In this document: positions 40,189-52,200 of the stretch, piece by piece
Numbering within the stretch: the first letter of the stretch is position 1
How the letters are laid out: the number at the start of each line of letters is the position of its first letter
Source: Octopus sinensis
Lineage: Eukaryota
Length of the DNA stretch: 64,000 bases
Assembly: GCF_006345805.1 (NCBI RefSeq)
Contig: NC_043017.1
Location: 20,956,001 to 21,020,000, forward strand
Reading direction: 5' to 3'
Position numbers and translations under genes: made by a program
Notes under the pieces: generated by a model
What the model was told of the DNA's origin: nothing
What the model saw: only the letters and a program-made list of their open reading frames with translations
Database searches by the model: none

Positions 40189-40508
40189 GGGCCTCTGTGC
40201 CGGTGGCACATAAAAAGCACCATCCGATTGTGGCCATTGCCAGCCTCGCCTGGCCCCCGTGCCGGTGGCATGTAAAAAGCACTATCCGATCGTGGCCATT
40301 GCCAGCACCATCTCGCACCTGTGCCGATGGCATGTAAAAAGCACCCACTACACTCACGGAGTGGTTGGCGTTAGGAAGGGCATCCAGCCGTAGAAACATT
40401 GCCAGATCAGACTGAGCCTGGTGCAGCCTTCTGGCTTCCCAGACCCCAGTTGAACCGTCCAACCCATGCCAACATGGAAAGCAGATGCTAAATGATGATG
40501 ATGATGAT
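40189..40508 (+). mobile_element. Family C element with ~2 internal ~62-bp units and (GAT)n tail
   Basis: GGTGGCA-GTAAAAAGCAC-ATCCGAT-GTGGCC units then the GGTTGGCGTTAGGAAGGGCATCC domain. Confidence 0.85.
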
Positions 40509-41199
40509 TAATAAATAAGTAAAAACAAAAAGAAATATAAAAAAGTATATTTCATTCATGGTAGAATTTCTGAGGTAAAAAAAGCAATTACAATAATGAC
40601 AAAAAAATCCAGCTAAATCGTTAGAGAGTGTGCATATAAGGTTATGCGATATCAGTCATTAATCAACATGTTATCAATCAAAGACATATGAGACTCGTGG
40701 TGACTGAACTCATAGTCAACACTTCATTTCTTATCACATAAATAATGAAACAACGGCAGCAGTTATCTGAAATGCATTAAAGGTAATGATGCAACAAATG
40801 GACCCCCACCCCACAAACACTACCACCAACACCACCACCATCACCACCACCACTGCTACTACTACTATCATTATTATGCTGTTGTTGCTTTTGTGTTGTT
40901 ATTGCTATTGTTATTATTACTATCCTTTTATTCTTTTACTTGTTTCGGTCAACTGGCTGCGACCATACTGGAGCATTGCATTAAGGGTTTTAGTCGAGGA
41001 AATCGACCCCAGATCATATTCTTTGTAAACCTAGTACTTATTATATTGGTCTCTTTCTAAAGTATGTGTAGAACTTAAATGTAATTCTGTACACAGTAAC
41101 ACTATCATGGTGTGTGTTTATGTGTAATGGCACAGGAGTGGCTGTGTGGTAAGTAGCTTGCTTACCAACCTCATGGTTCTGGGTCAGTCCCACTGTGTG

Positions 41200-41248
<49 letters not shown>

Positions 41249-41535
41249 AACGCTAATAACCAACTAAATTGCTTCTCTATTTCTTATTGTAAGATATATA
41301 TATATATATATACATATATATATACATATAGATATATATAATACATATATATACATATATATACAATATACATATACATACATATATATATACATATATA
41401 TACATATATATACATATATACATATACATACATATATATAATACATATACATACATATGCATATATATATATATATACGTATACATACATACATATACAT
41501 ATATATATATACATATATATACATGTATATATATA

Positions 41536-41584
<49 letters not shown>

Positions 41585-42059
41585 TATATACATGTAATAT
41601 ATACATGTATATATAATACATATATATATATACCATATATATTACTTACATTATATATATACATACATATATATATATACATATATATATACATACATAT
41701 ATATATACATATATATACTTATATATACATATATATATATATACATATATTATACTTTATATATATACATATATATATATACATATATATACATATATAT
41801 ATACATACATACAATATAAATGTATATAATATATATATATACACAATAGATACCATATATACATATATATTACTATATATACATATAGATATATAAATAT
41901 AATATATATATATACATATACATATATAAATATACATATATATATATACATATACATATATAAATATATATATACATAAATATATAATATATTATATATA
42001 TATTATATATATATATCTATATATATATATTACATATTATTATATATATATTATATATA

Positions 42060-42505
42060 TAAAAACATTATTGGTGAATTGAAGAAATGGAGCTGAACGC
42101 AGATGAACAGAAATCGTTTTATTTCATTCTACAAGTGTTTCGAAAGGCACAAATTACCAAAATCCGATTGAATAATGGGACCATATGTGTCTTTCTCTTC
42201 AGGAAGAAAAAGGAAATCCGTTGGAAAAACAAAAACAGAACAGGTCCCATTATTCAATCGGATTTTGGTAATTTGTGCCTTTCGAAACACGGTGTAGAAT
42301 GAAATAAAACGATTTCTGTTCAATCGCGTTCAGCTCCATTTCTTCAATTCACCAATAATGTTTTAATTTCAATATCCGCCAACGCACGTTGCAACGCCAG
42401 ATGGTGTACCTCCAACCGTGCTGTCACTGCTGTGATTTGCTACTAAGGTATCGTTAAACTTTTGATTAATCTACTACAAGATTATTCATCTTTCTATTTC
42501 ACATA
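42060..42505. mobile_element. (TA)n-embedded inverted (fold-back) unit, Penelope-like pLTR candidate
   Basis: Arms 42060-42182 and 42243-42366 almost perfectly complementary, ~60-nt spacer; plus-strand copy continues to ~42505. Confidence 0.75.
42122..42210 (-). ncRNA. Type I hammerhead ribozyme with canonical core
   Basis: Minus: TTTTCTTC-CTGAAGA-GAAAGACACA-[34 nt]-TGTGCCTTTC-GAAAC-ACTT-GTA-GAATGAAA; stem II 9/10 bp starting G10.1-C11.1; predicted cleavage between 42130 and 42129. Confidence 0.7.
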
Positions 42506-42884
42506 ATATATATATATATATATATATACATACACACACACATATGTATATACATACACATTGTGTGTGTGTATACTATCATGGGATATTACTATACAAG
42601 TTTGGTGTCATCTGCTATATTGAGAAGGGAGTTTCCAGTAATATCGGAAGCAAATCTATGACAGCATTTCCCAATCATGCTGCCCTAGAGCCCTACATTT
42701 CTATGCAAGCCCACTGGAGACGCACAGACAAACACTTATAAATATGATGATTAGATACAAATTGATTTTTGAGCCATTTTTGGTGTTCAGTTCTATATTT
42801 GCAATTTTATCATACAACACTGCACACTCCCTAAAGTAAGGAAATTCTGGCGGATATAGGTTGTTGAGGGAACCTATGGAAAAA

Positions 42885-43420
42885 TGGCTGTGTGGCAAGA
42901 AGCTTGCTTACCAACCACATGATTCCAGGTTCAGTTCCACAGTGAGTCACCTTGGGCAAGTGTCTTCTACTGTAGCCTTAGGCTGACTAAAGCCTTGTGC
43001 ATGGATCTAGTAGATGGAAACTAAAGGAAGCCCATCATGTGTGTGTGTATGTGTTTGTGATTGAATCTCCTCAGTGGTGGGTACTCGTGGTTTCGATTTA
43101 TATTGGATCTCTTCAGTGGTGGGTACTCATTGCCAGGCATGGCAACAGTTTACATCACTTGCAATATATAGGAAACACAGTGTTTAATCAATCACTGATT
43201 TTGTAACTAGGAGGAGAATCACTACTTAACAATCAGTACTGGTGTTTTTATGTCACTGTGACTTAGCAGTTCAGCCAAAGAGATCAATAGAATAAGTACA
43301 GGCTTTATAAAAAATATAATAAGAACTAGGGTTTGATTCATTCTACTAAAATTCTTCAATACAGTGCCCCTGCATGGCCACAGTCCAATGATTGATACAA
43401 ATTAAAGATAAAATATACAA
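42885..43420 (+). mobile_element. SINE A interrupted at ~43061-43225 by an unrelated insert
   Basis: Head 42885-43040, tail resumes ~43230. Confidence 0.7.
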
Positions 43421-43726
43421 GCTCCAAGAACAAAATCTATGAAACAATAATGAGTTTAATGAATACAGTGCTCAGGTGTGCAACAAATACCTGATGATAA
43501 TCAGAGATCAAATTAACGAAGGTTAATTGTCTGGAAAACTATAAGGTTATTAACAATAAGTCATCTCACATATTTAGAGATTCCAATAATATTTTGGTTT
43601 TGAAGTGTTTCGTAATTAACCATTTTGGTATCATTCCATCTGGAAATGCCTCTGGTTCTATGATACAAAACTTTCTGGTTTAACCGTTTAGCATTCAGAT
43701 TACTCTGTCAAATGTAATTCTTATAT

Positions 43727-44154
43727 CTCTTTACTCTTTACTCTTTTAATTGTTTCAGTTATTTGACTGCGGCCATGCTGGAGTACCGCCTTTAGTCGAG
43801 CAAATCGACCCTGGGACTTATTCTTTGTAAGTCCAGTACTTATTCTATCGGTCTTTTTTGCTGAACTGCTAAGTGACGGGGACGTAAAACACACAGCATC
43901 GGTTGTCAAGCAATGTTAGGGGAACAAACACAGACAACACATCAACATATACACACACATACTATATATATATATATATAATACATATATATGACAGGCT
44001 TCTTTCAGTTTCCATCTACCAAATCGACTCACAAGGCATTGGTCGGCCCGGGGCTATAACAGAAGATACTTGCCCAAGATGCCATGCAGTGGGACTGAAC
44101 CCGGAACCATGTGTTTGGTAAGCAAGCTACTTACCACACAGCCACTCCTGCACC
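43727..44154 (-). mobile_element. SINE family A, full length
   Basis: Complete reverse copy. Confidence 0.9.
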
Positions 44155-44821
44155 TTTGGTTTGTTTTGAATTGGTCATGTGCAGTGGTGTATGGTGGTTG
44201 TTGTCATTGGGTATGTTGCTACACTGACCATGCTATGACTCACATTAATATTACTATGATTAGATATACAAACTGTGTATTTCTGTTACTGCCCAAGCTT
44301 GTAGTGTTTATAATAAAGTGGCCATTTTTGAGGGGTGTGTAGTGCTCACCTAGCACACCTGGAATATACACCCCTGGTCATGTGTTATCTTATATCTTTG
44401 AGATTTTGATGACATGATCATGGCCATGCTGGCAAAGACATTAGGGAGATATCGGCATTGAACATCCTGGGGCAGTGTTCAATTCTGCCCAGGGATTACC
44501 TTGAAAGATCGTTTATTTTTAAACTGGCATTGAAGGGTAGGTGTGAGAAGCTAGATCTGACTGACCTGGTTTAATCCAGAATTTAAAACAGGTAGAATAT
44601 TTTGGCCAGATGCGGCCAGTTTCAATGCTGAATGGTTAAATTAACTAAAAACTTCTCATCAAACTGGTCCATTATAAAATCTGCTTGAGATAGAAACAAT
44701 ATGTGAACCAAAAAGTATTGCTTATGGCCATTTTAATGTGGTTCCTCTTCTAGTTACGAAATCAGTGATTGTATGACACTGTGTTTTCTATATAGTGCAA
44801 GTGATGTAAACTGTTGCCATG

Positions 44822-45316
44822 CCCACCACTGAAGAGATCCAATATAAATCGAAACCACAAGTATCCACCACTGAGGAGATTCAATACAGATTGAAACCAC
44901 GAGTACTCACCACTGAGGAGATCAATATAAATCGAAACCATGAGTACCCACCACTGAAGAGATCCAATATAAATCGAAACCACAAGTATCCACCACTGAG
45001 GAGATTCAATACAGATTGAAACCACGAGTACTCACCACTGAGGAGATCCAATATAAATCGAAACCACAAGTATCCACCACTGAGGAGATTCAATACAGAT
45101 TGAAACCACGAGTACTCACCACTGAGGAGATCCAATATAAATCGAAACCACGAGTACTCACCACTGAGGAGATCAATATAAATCGAAACCACGAGTACCC
45201 ACCTCTGAGGAGATCCAATATAGATCGAAACCATGAGTACCCACCACTAAGGAGAGCCAATATAGATTAAAACCATGAGTACCCACCACTGATGAGATCC
45301 AATATAGATTGAAACT
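44822..45316 (+). repeat. 41-42 bp minisatellite, ~12 units with variant alternation
   Basis: Unit CCACCACTGAGGAGATCCAATATAAATCGAAACCACGAGTAC; 14-aa periodicity in ORF 45016-45270. Confidence 0.95.
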
Positions 45317-45897
45317 ACATGGTCTGGTGGCCTTGAAGCAGGCAACGGGAGTTAGCTCCCACTTGCAATAAATATCAGTTACTAGAAGCACATTGGATTA
45401 ACCAGCCGGAAGAGATGTCTTCCTGGGGTTAAATGGCAGTATCATCACCTCTTAGGGGACAGCCACATTCAAGTGGTGATAAGCAATACTTTCCATCAAA
45501 CTTTCATGATAATTCATGCCCTAAACAGCAAATTCTCCATTCCTTCATTCACATACACTTTCTTTTTCTTTCTTCTTTCTTTCTTTTTCTTTCTTCTTTC
45601 TTTCTTTTTCTTTCTTCTTTCTTAATTCATTCATTCAGCTATTCCCCCCAGTTTCTTTCCATCTCCTCCAATTTTTTGCATTCATACATTTTATCTATCT
45701 CTTTCCTTGTTCATTCTTGAACCTCTTTCGTTAACCACTCATTCATTCGTTTTTCATTCTCCCAAATGCAGACATAAACTGCCACCTGCGAAATGGAGTC
45801 AACAGAAGTAATCAAAATATCAGTTGTCTCCCCCTACATCCCCGCTCGCCTTCACACCTCTACACACACACACGCACACACACACATATACACATGC

Positions 45898-45934
<37 letters not shown>

Positions 45935-46267
45935 TATATGTAACACAAACACACATACATATATATAACACACACACACACATTCACATAACACACACAC
46001 ACACACATTCACATATACATACACTAACACACATACATATATAACACACATAAGCTTACACACACACACATATTATTCATACACACAAGCACACATGCAT
46101 ACATACATAAGCATGCACATCTACACTCTCTCACACTCACGCACACGTATATAGATTCATAGGCATACATATACACATATATGCACATATGTACGCACAT
46201 ACAGAAACACACACATACATACATACACACAAACACATTCTTACAAACGTAAAAATAAATACAACAA

Positions 46268-46311
<44 letters not shown>

Positions 46312-46786
46312 ATGTATATATATATATATATGTATGTATGTATATGTATATATATATATAATATATATGTATATATAGATATAGATATATATATGTATAT
46401 ATATATATATGTGTGTATATATATATATGTATGTATATATATATATTATATTATAGATATTATATATATATGTATGGATATATGTATATATGTATATATA
46501 TATATATACACACACACACATATATATATATATACACATATGCACAAAACTCCCACCCTCTGTATTATGGCTTTTAAACAGTGATATAAAAAGACCTACT
46601 CCCTTCATACAAACAGCCAAAACAAACATCAAATTCAACGAAAACATTAATGCAGGCAGTTTATGTAACATGCGATCCATTGCCAGTTGCATAAACTGCA
46701 TTTCTTAGCAAAATTTCTTCGATGCAGCTCATGGTAAGACAATAAACTTGTATTAACATGTATATTAGAGAGGGAAGATGTCATTG

Positions 46787-46827
<41 letters not shown>

Positions 46828-47149
46828 CAGCTGAGAGTAAAAGACACAGGTTTATCAGAGACATCCCTGCATAAAGTCTAAGGAATAATCGTTTTTGGCA
46901 GGTACATGCTTGATGACTTTCTGCTGTAAAAGGTATATATACTTTGGCTGTAAAAAGGTGTGTATACATACATACACACACACACACACCTATATATATA
47001 TATAAATTAAATCAGAGATAAAACCACTATTAATATATATATATATGTATACATATATATATATATATAAACATATATATATATGTATACATATATATAT
47101 ATATATAGATATATATATATATGTATACATATATATATATATATATATC

Positions 47150-47183
<34 letters not shown>

Positions 47184-47668
47184 CATATATACATATATAT
47201 AAGTATATATGTATACTTATATGTTTAATACTGAAGTAGATTTAGCAAGGTTACGAGATAAGCATATTTTGGTAAATGTAAGCAGTTTTTAAATCGGTGA
47301 TCAAATAAACATGATTTTGTTGTGGGAGCGATGAGCTTTTAAGGATTAATATAAGGGTTTATTGAAATCTGCCTTGACTTTCATTTCCTCTTAGTTTTTC
47401 TGTGTCTCTTTTTCCCCCTCTTTCAATTTCTTTCCCTGTCACATGTAACCACTTACACACTCATTCTGTCACTTAAATCTCTCTGCCTCTCTCTCTATCT
47501 AGCTAGCTATCTATGTGGATGTGTGAATATGTGTGTGTGTGTAGATGAAGGCTTGGCTATGTGATTCAGAAGATTGCTTTCTCAGCAAGTGGTTTGGGGT
47601 TCAGTCCCATTGCATGGTGCCAACAATATGAGAGTTCAGGAACACTGGAGGGGTGTCTGGTCTTATCT

Positions 47669-48080
47669 TGTCACATACAGGTCGAAGAAAAGGAACCAAA
47701 AATCCGGCTGTCTTCAATAACAATAAATAGCAGTTTATTCTTCGGGTTCACCAGTACAAATATATACATATATACTTCTTATGGGGCGAACTGGCAGCCA
47801 AGTCCACAGGACTGTACACAAATGTTCACTCGGGTGAGCCAAGAAGATTTGGTGTTCGTTCCCACTTCGAAGAGAGAGCTTCTCTGTGTGTAGGGTTTTC
47901 CCTGAGAGAAGTCTTAGCCGCATCCGCTCGCTAGCGCTGCTCTTCCAAAAAGACCGATTTAGTGGTTACGCTTTCAGGTTGCAGTTCCTGTGCATGCGCA
48001 TGAGGGAACTTCCGGCGGTTAACTGGAATTAATCCAATTCTGCGCATGCGTGCTGAAACTTCCACAGTAGCGTCACTACA
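47669..48080 (-). mobile_element. Probable solo LTR (Gypsy-like)
   Basis: 412-bp CpG-rich island; minus strand starts TGTAGTGACG and ends GTGACA, with AATAAA near its 3' end; no clear TSD. Confidence 0.5.
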
Positions 48081-48129
48081 GACCCAAGGCCAACCTCACT
48101 CTTGAAAAGTGTAAATGGCTAAAAGAATA

Positions 48130-48640
48130 TTCAAGGTGGTATCAAAAAGTTCAAGGACCAGTTACGATTAATAAAAAATAACTTATTTACCTAAATTTTA
48201 ACATCTCCTCCTTTCAAATAGTCACTTTCTGCAGCAATACACCAGTCTCAGTGTTCTTACCATTTTTGGAATCTGGTCTGGAAGATATTTTCCATAAGTG
48301 AGGACCTTCCGCAATTTACTCTGAATCTCAACAATGATATTAAAATGGTGACCTTTGAGCTGCGTTTTCATCTTAAAGAAGAGATGGAAATTCACTGGCG
48401 CTAAATCTAGCAAATATGGTGGGTGCGGAAACAATACCATGTTGTTTTTGGTAAGAAAGTCACAAGTGAGGCGAGCTCAGTGACAAGGGGGCACTGTCAT
48501 CATAAAGAATCTAATTCTTTGCATTCCACAGTTCTGGTCACTTTCGCTTATTGTCTTCCAAGGATGTTCTTCTGCTTTCGAAGCACCTATGTCATACAAA
48601 ACATTGCATCCGACCCATTGCCCTATCACCATCAAACAAG
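48130..48640 (-). mobile_element. Mariner transposase C-terminal remnant with TIR
   Basis: MVLFPHPPYLLDLAPVNFHLFFKMKTQLKGHHF (HPPYSPDL-like); upstream frame RK*PELWNAKN*ILYDDSAP; TIR CAAGGTGGTATCAAAAAGTTC. Confidence 0.85.
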
Positions 48641-49106
48641 TGGTATCCTTCATTCCCAATCATCTGTGCAAGACATGTCTGGTCTTGGGGAAATATTCCC
48701 TTACTTGGAAATGAATGAGTGTTGGTGACAGGAAAGGCATGCAGCTGTAGAAAATTTACTTTTCTGATTTTTGTCTGACCCATGCAAGATACTGGAAATG
48801 ACGATGATGATGATGACAATGACAATGATGACGATGACGATGATGATCATTACATAAACATTCACTCTACACACACACACATGCTTTTCATTAATAATTG
48901 GCTGAAGTTTCAGAGTAACTTCAAAGTTGAGAGTTTTGTGCATTTGATAAATACTAACACACGAACCTTGTGACCCTTGAGTCACTCTGCTGATTCTTAA
49001 TGCAAAACATACATATACTCACATTTCAAGTTCTGTTTTCTCAGTTGGCATCACCAAACCTATACACAATATAATATATATATATGTGTATATATATATA
49101 TATATT

Positions 49107-49420
49107 GTGTTGGTGGCACATAAAAAACACCATCCGAGCGTGGCCGTCCACCAGCCTCGTCTGGCACCTGTGTCGGTGGCACATAAAAAACACCATCCGA
49201 GCGTGGCCGTTCGCCAGCCTCGTCTGGCACCAGTGTCGGTGGCACATAAAATCACCCACTACACTCTCGGAGTGGTTGGCGTTAGGAAGGGCATCCAGCT
49301 GTAGAAACACTGCCAGATCTGACTGGCCTGGTGCAGCCTTCGGGCTCCCCAGACCCCAGTTGAACCGTCCAACCATGCTAGCATGGAAAGCGGACGTTAA
49401 ACAATGATGATGATGATGAT
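49107..49420 (+). mobile_element. Family C element, two near-identical 63-bp internal units, (GAT)n tail
   Basis: GGTGGCACATAAAAAACACCATCCGAGCGTGGCCGT..GCCAGCCTCGTCTGGCACC-GTGTC x2. Confidence 0.9.
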
Positions 49421-50142
49421 ATATATATTAAGCATGATATAAGTTAGAGGTTATGCAACCATCTAAGGATATATATATAGAGAGAAAGAGTGAGAGAGAG
49501 AGAGACATGCTCACACACACACATACATTCATATATGTGTGTGTGTATGAGTTTGCATAAATATATGTGCACTTACACAAACACACACCTATATAAATAT
49601 ATTTACACATATAGTTATATATATATGTACGTATACACACGCATATATGTACATACAGGTAGGGGTGTGTACGTACCTGTGCTTGCATGTGTGTACATAT
49701 ATATACATATATATATATATTTATATACATATATACATATATATACATATATACATATATATATATACACATATATATATAAGCACTTTCAGGTTTCCTA
49801 CTGTCAGTATATCTCGTTGACCTTCCCGTCTTCTCACTGAGTCCATCAATTTTCATTCCACAGAACTATCAAAATCAGACAGCCATTCTATGCTAATGAT
49901 ATGAGTTGCTTATCCTATCGTTTTTCTCTTTGATCTTTCAATCCTCTTATCATCCATCCCAACCTGCCAATACCACCAACACCACCACCACCACCACCAC
50001 CACCATCATCATCCTGCAATCATCCGCTCATTCATTGATTTATCTGATCACACATCTGTCTGTCTGTTTGATGCTTAACTTTTGTCCCTCCAATCACTTG
50101 TCAATATATCCAACAGCTTAAACCACTGCTCTTGTACTCTCT

Positions 50143-50171
50143 CTCTCCTTTCTCAATCCTTCACCTGCCTT

Positions 50172-50211
<40 letters not shown>

Positions 50212-50296
50212 TCCTCAATACTTCACCTGCCTTTGTCTCTCTCTCTCTCTTTTCTCTCTCTCTCTCTCTCCTTCCTCAATACTTCACCTGCCTTTG

Positions 50297-50336
<40 letters not shown>

Positions 50337-50618
50337 CTTCCTCAATCCTTCACCTGCCTTTGTCTCTCTCTCTCTCTCTCTCTCTCTCTCCTTCCTCAAT
50401 CCTTCACCTGCCTTTGTCTCTCTCTCTATCTCTCTCTCTCCTTCCTCAATCATTCTCCTGCCTTTGTCTCTCTCCCTCCCTCTCTCTCTCTTTCTCTCTC
50501 TCTTCACCTGCCTTTGTCTCTCTCTCTCTCTCTTTCTCTCTCTCCTTCCTCAGTCCTTCACCTGCCTTTGTCTCTCTCTCTCTCTCTTTCTCTCTCTCCT
50601 TCCTCAATCCTTCACCTG

Positions 50619-50649
<31 letters not shown>

Positions 50650-50650
50650 G
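50143..50650 (+). repeat. (CT)n-based tandem repeat, ~10 units of ~40-60 bp
   Basis: CCTTCCTCAATCCTTCACCTGCCTTTGTCTCTCTCT repeated. Confidence 0.9.
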
Positions 50651-50737
50651 GTTTACCGAAAATAGTCTTTGGGCAGTGAATTGACAGAACCATTGCAGCA
50701 TCAGAGAAATTCCTTTACAGTATTTAGTTACGGTACT

Positions 50738-50967
50738 TTAACCCTTTTGATACCAACCAGCCTGCAACCACCCTTGGCTCTATGATACAAACTCGTTGTT
50801 TTAAACTGATCTAAATCAAAACCTAACACTGGACTTTGATGTTATTTTATGTTCTCACCCTCAGATTAACAATGACCAAATTATTTTGCTAAATTTTTCA
50901 TTATTTTCAAAATCAATTCATGCAAAGACAGTGTATTTCAATCGAGATAACACTAACAAAAGACTTA
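50738..50967 (+). mobile_element. TTAA MITE (piggyBac-type)
   Basis: Starts TTAACCCTTTTGATACC; degenerate right end. Confidence 0.7.
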
Positions 50968-51008
50968 GATCTGTCCTGGAAATCAGCAGCAATGATAATA
51001 CTTATCTC

Positions 51009-51424
51009 GGATAAATTCGGTTTGAACGGCAGTTTTTAACATAATTTCTAGGTAAGTAAAAAATTTTAAACTTCGTATACTGGTAGAATGTGTTTATAAA
51101 ACATCTTTTTCTCTTGGATTTATTGAGAAAATTCTATAGTTTCTAAGATATTTGTTGTTGTTTTTCTTCAATTTCCGCAATTTCAACCAATCAGGGATGT
51201 CTATTGAGGTAAAAAAACATTCTGTGCCGTATGAATATGTCCCTCGTTTAAGAAACAGATTGGGTTTGTTTACATTTGTGAAGAAAAAAAATACCCTTCC
51301 CACACCCCTTACCCTAACCCTAAAACAGATTGAAATGCAATAGATCGATACTAGGGTCATAATTATGGGTGACAATTTCATATGACACTGCTAGAAAAAA
51401 CTGCCATTCAAACCAAAAAGATCC
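51009..51424. mobile_element. MITE with ~29-bp imperfect TIRs and perfect 8-bp TSD
   Basis: CTTATCTC at 51001-51008 and 51425-51432; TIRs GGAT....CGGTTTGAACGGCAGTTTTT / AAAAACTGCCATTCAAACC....ATCC. Confidence 0.8.
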
Positions 51425-51461
51425 CTTATCTCAGCTCTATTTCCAATTTACATCTATTGGT

Positions 51462-51790
51462 TTAACCCCATTGATTCCAACTTGTCTGAGACGACTCCTG
51501 GTTCTCGAATACAAAAGTTTTTGCTTAAAGTGCTCAAAATTAAAACTTCCCATCAAAATTTCATTTCTGTTCCAAACACCAGATTGATGATGAAAAAAGA
51601 TATTTTACTAAATTCCTCATTATTTTCAAAATATTAATTGAAGCAAAAACAGTGAGTTTCAACAGGAATATGGTAACAAAAGGGTTAAGAAGGAGTGAAG
51701 TGGACCCTTCTCTGCTTTTTCCAAAATGGCAATCATCTGAATCAGTCCATCTGGTTCCATGCCTGCCAGCTTAGAAGCTTTTCAACTTTA
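51462..51790 (+). mobile_element. TTAA MITE (51462-51688) followed by unit E
   Basis: TTAACCCC...GGTAACAAAAGGGTTAA then AAGTGGACCCTTCTCTGC. Confidence 0.75.
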
Positions 51791-52066
51791 TGTCAACCTG
51801 CTTGTGGGGTCAGCTCAAGGTTCTGGCAACTCAGGCAGTCACCCATGGTGCTATGTGCTGGGGTACGCCGAAGATGGTGTATCAAAGGCAAAGTAATCTC
51901 CTTGACCATCAGCTTGTACTTGCCAATGTTCAGCATGTCTGGGACACTAGCAACCCTTAGGGCTGGCCCTGCCTGCCTGAGATGATCCCTTGCTTTGGCG
52001 ATACAAATTTATTGTTATAAAGCAATCTAAATTAAAACCCCACATCAAAGTTTCATGGTAATTTAA

Positions 52067-52129
<63 letters not shown>

Positions 52130-52200
52130 CAAGTGTGGGTATATATAACTTTGATCACATTGTAACATTCACAGCTGGCTCTGAATTCTACACAAAATCT

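Noticed and set aside
44822-45316. CRISPR-like array
   Set aside because: Units are contiguous with no unique spacers, no cas genes, eukaryotic context; it is a minisatellite
46705-46740. Possible 25-nt microexon (TTAG|...CATG|GTAAG)
   Set aside because: Weak acceptor, not a multiple of 3, expected by chance
51310-51325. ACCCTAACCCTAA as an interstitial telomere
   Set aside because: Only two units, inside a MITE
51780-51965. Possible RTE LINE fragment (VPDMLNIGKYKL)
   Set aside because: Similarity too weak to call without a search
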